A DNA stretch of 13,994 bases from positions 1 to 13,994 of the forward strand of contig JAWXBZ010000173.1 of assembly GCA_034440375.1 (NCBI GenBank). Direction: 5' to 3'. The translations under genes were made by a program, and so were the position numbers. Below are positions 7,956-13,994 of this stretch, in pieces. This DNA comes from Candidatus Eiseniibacteriota bacterium (GTDB lineage: Bacteria > Eisenbacteria > RBG-16-71-46 > JABDJR01 > JAWXBZ01). Below the pieces are notes generated by a model. It worked only from the letters and a program-made list of their open reading frames with translations, searched no databases and had not been told where the DNA came from. The first letter of the stretch is position 1, and every line of letters starts with the position of its first letter.

Positions 7956-8885
7956 TCAGAATCGCACCTTGTCCAACGCCATCAACAGGCAGAGAACCGG
8001 CAGGTAGACGATCGAAGCCAGGAAGAGCTCCCGCGCGGCACGATCGGTGCGACGCGCCAGAAATCGAAAGCTGGCCAGGGCAAACCAGGCGCCAAGAATC
8101 AGGGCGCCGATCGTGTAAAGAAGGCCGGTCAGCCCAAGAATCGTCGTGGCCAGACTTACCGGGATCAACGCCAGGCTCCAGACGACCATGTGCCGCCCGG
8201 TCGTCTGCCCCTCGGTATCGAGCACCGGAAGCATTGGATACCCGGCGCGGCCATAGTCCTCGCGGTAGAGCCGTCCGATCGCAAGAAAGTGGGGAAGCTG
8301 CCAGATGAACACGATGCCGAACAGAACCCAGGCGGCCGGGGTTACCTGCCCGGTGGCCGCGGCCCATCCGCCCAGCGGCGGCAACGCTCCCGGCACGGCC
8401 CCGACGATGGTCGATAGCGGTGTCGTGCGCTTGAGCGGCGTGTAGGCAAAGACATAGCTCAACACGGTGGCGGCGGCCACGGCGCCAGTCAGGAGATTGG
8501 CCGTCAGGGCCAACCAGAGTGTTCCGATGCAGGACAAGACCACGCCAAAAGCCAGCGCGGCCGTCGGATCGATTCGACCGGCGGGCAGCGGCCGGTCGGC
8601 TGTCCGGCGCATCAGGGCATCGAGGTCACGTTCCGTGTACTGGTTCAACGTGCTGGCTCCACTGGCCACCAGCGCCGTGGCCACCAGCACCTGCACAAGA
8701 AGCGGCCAGTGCAGGTTTCCCGGCGTGGCCATGAAGAAGCCAATCAATGTCGTGACCAGGACCATGAAGGTGATGCGCGGCTTGGTCAGCTCGACCCAGT
8801 CAGCCAGACGGGCCAGGCCCGCGCCCCGCGAAAGTGTCAGCCCGGAGGTCACGGCGCTCGATTCCTGCAGGGTCGGGCCGCTCAT
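7956..8885 (-). CDS. ctaB: Protoheme IX farnesyltransferase (heme O synthase)
   Basis: Motifs LTKPRI, NQYTERDLDALMRRTADRPLPAG, YTPLKR, GAVPGALPPLGGWAA, WQLPHFLAI and DYGRAGYPML. Confidence 0.96.
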   Translation of the reverse strand: MSGPTLQESSAVTSGLTLSRGAGLARLADWVELTKPRITFMVLVTTLIGFFMATPGNLHWPLLVQVLVATALVASGASTLNQYTERDLDALMRRTADRPLPAGRIDPTAALAFGVVLSCIGTLWLALTANLLTGAVAAATVLSYVFAYTPLKRTTPLSTIVGAVPGALPPLGGWAAATGQVTPAAWVLFGIVFIWQLPHFLAIGRLYREDYGRAGYPMLPVLDTEGQTTGRHMVVWSLALIPVSLATTILGLTGLLYTIGALILGAWFALASFRFLARRTDRAARELFLASIVYLPVLCLLMALDKVRF

Positions 8886-9946
8886 ATGCTGAAATTCCGC
8901 GCTGCCTGCGGCGCCGCCCGCTCAACAAAAGTACCAACTCGAGCGTCAAGCTGGGCCGCACTCAAAACCCCAACCGACCCTCGACGGTACATCCGAAGCG
9001 TCACGATCAGGCTCATCGCCAATGCCGCCGCCCCGCACGCCACATGCAGGCTTGTCGGCACCGGAGCTTTCACGGTCCAGATGGTCATCGCGCCGAGCGC
9101 AATCTGGATGGCCAGCAGGGCCAGCAATGCCGCCACCGGCCGAATCAACCAGCCATCCTGCCGATGCCGCCGCCACACGCGGAGCGCCAGCAGGACCACG
9201 ACCAGCGTTACCACCAGCGCGCCCACCCGATGCGCGAAATGAATTCCGATGCCACCGACCAGTGAGGCCGGGACAATCCGCCCGTAAGACAGTGGAAAAT
9301 CGGGGATGGCCAGGCCAGCGCCGGTATGACGCATCACGGCACCCAGGAGGATCTGGAGGTAAATCAGGCCGGTCGTCATCGCCGCCCATCGCGCCGTCGA
9401 CGCCAGGTCCGCGGTCGGCAGGATCCCGTCACCGGTTCGTGCCGTCCGGTCCACGGCGTTCGTTTCATCCGTTTCACCCGCCGCCCGCCAGCCGGACGAG
9501 GTGGCGACCGCAATGGTCACCGTCAGGCAAAAGACGATCTGCGCCAGCGCGGCGTGGCTGATCGACACGGCATCGGGCAGGAGCAGCAGCACGGTAAGAC
9601 CACCGAGAAGCGCCTGAACGATGACCGCCAGGGCCGCCGCCACGCCAAGGCGTCGAACCCAACGGCGGGGCTCGGAACGGAGCAACCAGATGGCCAGCCC
9701 GCCGATCAGAAGGCCGACAACGCCCGCGATCATCCGGTGGCCATGCTCGTAGAAAATGCCCCCCACCATCGGCGGGAAGAGCATGCCGTACGACAGCGGC
9801 CAGTCCGGCACGGCGAGCCCTGAGCCGGTGCTCGTGACCATGCCGCCGGCGAAGATCAGGAACAGGGTGGCCAGCGCCACCAGGCGGGAATAACGTCGCA
9901 GGCCAGCGCCGGCCGGTCGGGCCCCGCCGGTCCCGCTGACGCTCAG
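8882..9946 (-). CDS. ctaA: Heme A synthase (COX15/CtaA family); start codon uncertain (CTG 9946 or GTG 9880)
   Basis: GGMVTSTGSGLAVPDWP, EHGHR, SHAALA, second-half GAGLAIPDFP, HFAHR and SLHVA give four conserved His in a duplicated 4-TM fold. Located directly upstream of ctaB. Confidence 0.9.
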   Translation of the reverse strand: MSVSGTGGARPAGAGLRRYSRLVALATLFLIFAGGMVTSTGSGLAVPDWPLSYGMLFPPMVGGIFYEHGHRMIAGVVGLLIGGLAIWLLRSEPRRWVRRLGVAAALAVIVQALLGGLTVLLLLPDAVSISHAALAQIVFCLTVTIAVATSSGWRAAGETDETNAVDRTARTGDGILPTADLASTARWAAMTTGLIYLQILLGAVMRHTGAGLAIPDFPLSYGRIVPASLVGGIGIHFAHRVGALVVTLVVVLLALRVWRRHRQDGWLIRPVAALLALLAIQIALGAMTIWTVKAPVPTSLHVACGAAALAMSLIVTLRMYRRGSVGVLSAAQLDARVGTFVERAAPQAARNFSI

Positions 9947-10740
9947 GAAGCCGCCTTGAAGGTGAAGTCGGCCGTGGCGGCTCCGGAGGGATCCACGGTA
10001 ATTGGCATGGTCTGGCGGCCAAATGTCTCGTGCCAGGCTTCGAGTGTGTAGCTGCCGGGGGGCACATTGCGAATTGTGTAGCCGCCGTCGGCTCCGCTGA
10101 CGGCGTAGTAGGGATTCTCGCAGACGCCGACCCAGGCCGACATCCACGGGTGGACATCGCACTTCAGGTGGACCATCTCCTCGGCGCTGAACTTCTTTTC
10201 CTGCTTCATTCCCTTGAGCGGCATCGCCATGTTGAAGGCCTTGTTGGCCGAGCAGACGGCGTGAACGTTGTGCAGCGTCTCATCGGAATTCAGCACCCGA
10301 AACACCTGGCCGATCACGGCGCCGACCAGGTGGGGGCTATAAAGGCACCCCGACTGGTCCATCACCACGGGTTCGGCGGGCACACCAAAAGTTTTCCCTT
10401 CGAGCCCCGCGCTGATCCGCACAAAGGCCCACTGGACCTTGCCCCCGTGGACAACGGCGGTTTCGGTGTACATCCTGTCCCGATGCGCCCTGCCGCACGC
10501 CGGATCTCCTTTCATGTCGATCAGTTTTTCGGCCGGTGGCGTCCCTTCAAAGGTGATAAGCCCTGCGATCGATCCCGCGGTGGCCGGATCGACTACGGTC
10601 AGCGGAACAGCCGTTGCGTTCGGCGATTTCCCCCGGCTCCCGGTGGCCGAGTCATCCGTTGCCGGTGATTTGGACGAACCGCCGCACCCGGAAAGCAACA
10701 CGAACAGGCCAAGAGGCAGGAACAACCGAACTCGACGCAT
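9943..10740 (-). CDS. Lipoprotein with an amicyanin/MauL-like cupredoxin domain set in a carboxypeptidase-regulatory-like beta-sandwich
   Basis: Signal peptide with lipobox LSG-C from ATG 10740. HNVH (10261-10272) and CDVHPWM (10141-10161) give a type-1 Cu ligand pattern. C-terminal GADGGYTIRNVPPGSYTLEAWHE. Confidence 0.8.
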   Translation of the reverse strand: MRRVRLFLPLGLFVLLSGCGGSSKSPATDDSATGSRGKSPNATAVPLTVVDPATAGSIAGLITFEGTPPAEKLIDMKGDPACGRAHRDRMYTETAVVHGGKVQWAFVRISAGLEGKTFGVPAEPVVMDQSGCLYSPHLVGAVIGQVFRVLNSDETLHNVHAVCSANKAFNMAMPLKGMKQEKKFSAEEMVHLKCDVHPWMSAWVGVCENPYYAVSGADGGYTIRNVPPGSYTLEAWHETFGRQTMPITVDPSGAATADFTFKAAS

Positions 10741-10805
10741 GAGGCAAGGCCTTTCACCGGAGGCACGACGCAATCGTTGCGAGATTTAGAGGCAAGCAGC
10801 CTGAA

Positions 10806-10834
10806 ATGGTAGGTCCGGCTCCCGGTCATTTCAA
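10806..10834 (-). promoter_or_regulatory. Sigma70-like promoter of the lipoprotein-ctaA-ctaB operon
   Basis: On the - strand, TTGAAA (10834-10829), 17 nt, TACCAT (10811-10806), about 65 nt upstream of ATG 10740. Confidence 0.65.
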
Positions 10835-10906
10835 CCGCCATTTTGCCCGTTTCGAAATTCCGCGCGCCCCGACCGACATTATTTCGACCGAACCGAATTT
10901 TCCCCC

Positions 10907-10935
10907 TTGTCATGGGGATTGGCTCGCCTCACGAT
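10907..10935 (+). promoter_or_regulatory. Possible divergent sigma70-like promoter
   Basis: TTGTCA (10907-10912), 17 nt, CACGAT (10930-10935). The -10 element is imperfect. Confidence 0.4.
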
Positions 10936-10940
10936 ACGCA

Positions 10941-11076
10941 GGTGCCGGGCGGCGCGAGTTCGAGATCCAGTCCAGAGTGTTTCGCCCCCAGCCCCGGATC
11001 TATCGCGACAACTCCCGTAGTGGGGAGCCCCAAAGGCCCCGGTCGGAAATTATCCCGACCGGGGTCGCTCTTTTTT
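10941..11076 (+). ncRNA. Candidate structured small RNA, family not recognised
   Basis: Lies between a promoter-like motif and a hairpin/T6 tract. Nested helices CGCGA/TCGCG, AGATCC/GGATCT and CTCCC/GGGAG. No credible CDS. Strand not certain. Confidence 0.4.
11035..11076 (+). terminator. Intrinsic terminator-like hairpin on the + strand
   Basis: GGCCCCGGTCGG-AAATTATC-CCGACCGGGGTC (12 bp, one G-U) followed by GCTCTTTTTT. Confidence 0.65.
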
Positions 11077-11135
11077 GTCCATTCGCCCAGATTGGGAGTG
11101 CGGCCCGCATCCTGATCGTGCGTCCTGCATTTCGA

Positions 11136-11182
11136 ACAAGAAAAGGCCCCGGTGGTCACAATGACCGCCGGGGCCTTTATTT
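11136..11182. terminator. Intrinsic terminator of hppA, probably bidirectional
   Basis: AAAGGCCCCGGTGGTCA-CAA-TGACCGCCGGGGCCTTT (11142-11178), with T-rich tails on both strands, about 45 nt after the hppA stop. Confidence 0.8.
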
Positions 11183-11223
11183 CGATGTCTTCAGCGTGGC
11201 CGCATCCGGCCAGGCGAATTCGC

Positions 11224-13641
11224 CTAACCGCTCGTGATTCGCATTCCGTAGAACGACCGGTACACGAAGAAGAGCGCCACCAGCATCAGCACCCCGCCGA
11301 CGTACGGCGTGACGGTCGGGTTGGCCACGCCAATTTCGACGGCCAGAAGGCCGAAGAGGGTTGTGAACTTGATGATCGGGTTCATGGCCACCGAGCTCGT
11401 GTCCTTGTACGGATCGCCCACGGTGTCGCCGACCACGGTGGCGTCATGCAGCGGCGTCCCCTTTTCGCCCAGCTCGACTTCGACCACCTTCTTGGCGTTG
11501 TCCCACGCGCCGCCGGCGTTGGCCATGTAGATGGCCTGGAAAAGCCCGACGATGGCGATGGACACCAGGTAGGCCACGAAGAAGATCGGGTCAAAGAAGG
11601 CGTAGGCCAGCGTCAGGCAGAAGATGACCATGAAGATGTTGAACATCCCCTTCTGCGCGTACTGCGTGCAGATCTGCACAACCTTCTTGGAATCCTCGAT
11701 GGAGGCCTTCTCCTCCGAATCGATCTTGATGTTCTGCTTGATGAACTCGACGGCCCGGTAGGCGCCGGTGGTCACGGCCTGCATCGAGGCGCCGGTGAAC
11801 CAGTAGATCGTGGCGCCGCCCATGATTAGGCCGAGCAGCACGCGCGGATCGAGCAGATCGAGGCTGAACGTGCGCCCCGATTCCGCGTAGTGGTTTTGCA
11901 GCAGAAGAATGATCGAGAAGACCATCGTCGTGGCACCCGCCACCGCGGTGGCAATGAGCACCGGCTTGGCCGTGGCCTTGAATGTATTGCCGGCGCCGTC
12001 GTTGTCCTCGAGGAAGTGCTTCCCGCCGACGAAGTCGGGCTTGAAGCCGAACTGCTTCTCGACTTCCTCCGCGGCTCCCGGCGTCGTCTCGATCTGGCTC
12101 AGTTCAAAGATGGACTGGGCGTTGTCGGTCACCGGGCCGTAGCTGTCCACTGCAATGGTCACCGGTCCCATCCCCAGCAACCCGAAGGCCACGAGGCCAA
12201 AGGCGAAGACGGCCGGGTAGCCCATGAAGGCGTCCAACCCCATCAGCGAGATGACATAGCTGATCAGCAGGAGGCTTGCCAGGATCAGCGATTTCCAGAA
12301 GACCGAAAAGTTGCCGGCCACCAATCCGGACAGAATCGTCAGTGAGGCGCCGCCTTCGCGGCTGGCCGCCACGATTTCCTTGACATGCCGGCTGTGGCTG
12401 GAAGTGAACGCCTTGGTGAATTCGGGAATCAACGCCGCGGCCAGTGTGCCGCAACTGATGATGGTCGACAATTTCCACCAGAGGCCATGGCCCATGTCGG
12501 CCAGCATCCAGTACGACACACCGTAGGTGACGCCGATCGACAGGATCGAGGTCAGCCAGACCAGGCTGGTCAGCGGGGCCTCGAAATCGATCTTGGCCTT
12601 GCCGGCATTCTGGCTGCGGGCCACGGAAGCGTTGACCAGGTAACTGACGATCGAGGTCACGATCATCAGGATGCGCATCACGAAGATCCAGACGAGCAGG
12701 TGAGCCTTGTGGTCGCCACCCACCGCCAGGGCGATGAAGCTGATCAAAGCCACGCCGGTGACGCCGTAGGTCTCGAAGCCGTCCGCGGTCGGGCCGACCG
12801 AGTCGCCGGCGTTGTCACCGGTACAATCGGCGATGACCCCCGGGTTGCGCGGGTCGTCTTCCTTGATCTTGAAGACCACCTTCATGAGGTCGGAGCCGAT
12901 GTCGGCAATCTTGGTGAAGATACCGCCGGCGATGCGCAGCGCCGAGGCGCCGAGGCTCTCGCCGATGGCGAAGCCAAGGAAGCTGGCGCCGGCCGATTCC
13001 TTGGGAACGAACAGCAGAATGACAAGCATCATGAACAGCTCAACGCAAATCAGGAGCACGCCAATCGACATGCCGGCCTTCAGCGGAATTTCGTAAACCG
13101 GAATCGGCTTGCCGGCCAGGCTGGCGAAAGCGGTGCGGCTGTTGGCGTAGGTGTTCATCCGGATGCCGAACCAGGCCACCCCGTACGAGCCCAGGATGCC
13201 GACGACCGACCAGGCCAGGATCAGCGCCACGGTGCCGAACGGCTTCGCCTCGAGGACGCCAAAGTAGTAGACGAGGCAGACCCCGATGAATATCTCCAGC
13301 ACCATGAGCAGCCGTCCCTGCTGCAGCAGGTAGGTCTTGCAGGTTTCGTAGATGATGTTGGACACGTCCGTCATCGACTTGTGGGCCGGCATGTTCTTGA
13401 TCTGGTTGAACATCACCAGACCGAACAGCATCCCCAGCACGCAGACGCCAAGGCCCATCATCAGGAGCGTGGTGCCGCTCAGCACCATGCCAAACAGGCT
13501 GTACGAGGTGTTGAGTTCCGGGATGGCCAGATCCAGCTCGCTGGCCAGGGCCAATCCCGGCATCACCATCAGCAGCGCCCACAAAAGAAGGGGTAGTTTC
13601 CCTCCCTTGAAGCGCGCGGCCAGTGTCCGCAGCATCGTCAT
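11224..13641 (-). CDS. hppA: Membrane-bound ion-translocating pyrophosphatase (K+-independent type)
   Basis: Motifs GGIFTKIADIGSDL, EDDPRNPGVIADCTGDNAGD, DSYGPVTDNA, GNTFKATAK, NAGGAWDNAKK and GDTVGDPYKDT. Start at ATG 13641 with AGGAG 6 nt upstream. Confidence 0.96.
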   Translation of the reverse strand: MTMLRTLAARFKGGKLPLLLWALLMVMPGLALASELDLAIPELNTSYSLFGMVLSGTTLLMMGLGVCVLGMLFGLVMFNQIKNMPAHKSMTDVSNIIYETCKTYLLQQGRLLMVLEIFIGVCLVYYFGVLEAKPFGTVALILAWSVVGILGSYGVAWFGIRMNTYANSRTAFASLAGKPIPVYEIPLKAGMSIGVLLICVELFMMLVILLFVPKESAGASFLGFAIGESLGASALRIAGGIFTKIADIGSDLMKVVFKIKEDDPRNPGVIADCTGDNAGDSVGPTADGFETYGVTGVALISFIALAVGGDHKAHLLVWIFVMRILMIVTSIVSYLVNASVARSQNAGKAKIDFEAPLTSLVWLTSILSIGVTYGVSYWMLADMGHGLWWKLSTIISCGTLAAALIPEFTKAFTSSHSRHVKEIVAASREGGASLTILSGLVAGNFSVFWKSLILASLLLISYVISLMGLDAFMGYPAVFAFGLVAFGLLGMGPVTIAVDSYGPVTDNAQSIFELSQIETTPGAAEEVEKQFGFKPDFVGGKHFLEDNDGAGNTFKATAKPVLIATAVAGATTMVFSIILLLQNHYAESGRTFSLDLLDPRVLLGLIMGGATIYWFTGASMQAVTTGAYRAVEFIKQNIKIDSEEKASIEDSKKVVQICTQYAQKGMFNIFMVIFCLTLAYAFFDPIFFVAYLVSIAIVGLFQAIYMANAGGAWDNAKKVVEVELGEKGTPLHDATVVGDTVGDPYKDTSSVAMNPIIKFTTLFGLLAVEIGVANPTVTPYVGGVLMLVALFFVYRSFYGMRITSG

Positions 13642-13795
13642 TAGATACTCCTGATTAGGGGTTGTTTGCGCTGTTCGAAATCGATCAGGCCGCAACCGGA
13701 ATCCGAGTCGTCCCATTCAAAGGAGCCATACCCGATTGCGATGAGGTTGGAACTTCAATTGCCATCCACAGTTACGTGTCCGGCAAGAGCGGGGG

Positions 13796-13840
13796 AGTCT
13801 AGCCGAGACCCTTGTCGGACGTCCAGCAGTTTCCAACTGC
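13796..13840 (-). promoter_or_regulatory. Possible hppA promoter with an adjacent inverted repeat
   Basis: On the - strand, TGGACG (13825-13820), 18 nt, TAGACT (13801-13796). GCAGTT-N3-AACTGC (13826-13840) abuts the -35. Confidence 0.3.
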
Positions 13841-13994
13841 AACCCGCACCAAAATAGACAACGCAGCCGGCACCGATGCGAGTTGACTGATCAAGGGACG
13901 CTGCGACCGAACCGCACGTCCAAAACCCAAAATTGATGAAAACTCATCGTCAACTAATTGCGCCAGTTATACTTCCACCATGTTGTTCCTGAAA

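Noticed and set aside
9947-10162. N-terminal extension of the ctaA ORF
   Set aside because: Overlaps the lipoprotein C-terminal domain in another frame and does not resemble CtaA.
10794-10820. SRP RNA suggested by AAGCAGC and AGGTCCGG
   Set aside because: The elements are in the wrong order and there is no GNRA-capped helix between them. The segment is better explained as a promoter.
10950-11032. tRNA or tRNA-like element suggested by GTTCGA (10958-10963) and a CCA near 11030
   Set aside because: GTTCGA is not closed by a 5-bp T stem, and no cloverleaf or 7-bp acceptor stem can be drawn.
10806-11237. Intergenic ORFs of 143, 90 and 76 aa
   Set aside because: No RBS or recognisable motifs, and they run through promoter motifs and terminator hairpins.
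12385-13596. 403-aa + strand ORF, and similar ones at 11152-11829 and 11890-12345
   Set aside because: Antisense to hppA, with the His/Gln/Asp-rich composition typical of the reverse frame of a membrane protein gene.
13642-13716. Upstream ATG 13716 as the hppA start
   Set aside because: ATG 13641 has an AGGAG SD at 6 nt spacing and is followed by a signal-like sequence.
13883-13894. FNR/CRP box
   Set aside because: TTGA-N4-TCAA is 2 nt shorter than the TTGAT-N4-ATCAA consensus.

Overview
GC-rich bacterial window with four blocks. (1) A + strand acyl-CoA beta-oxidation-type cluster: partial enoyl-CoA hydratase, 3-hydroxyacyl-CoA dehydrogenase and a second enoyl-CoA hydratase. It is interrupted by a 77-aa ORF and an overlapping 30-codon remnant that resembles the N-terminus of a nucleotidyltransferase, probably a decayed two-gene module. 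(2) A tightly coupled 9-gene - strand operon with its own sigma70-like promoter: amicyanin/MauL-like cupredoxin lipoprotein, heme A synthase, heme O synthase, ABC-2 ATPase and permease, SCO, DUF420, an MDR oxidoreductase and a DASS transporter. This is a cytochrome oxidase cofactor-assembly locus with no oxidase subunits in it. (3) A ~480-bp intergenic region with divergent promoter-like motifs, a structured non-coding segment and two related hairpins, a candidate orphan sRNA. (4) A - strand membrane pyrophosphatase (hppA), K+-independent type, probably of the divergent Na+-regulated clade. No CRISPR array, transposase, rRNA or tRNA was seen. All family calls come from motif recognition, not database searches.
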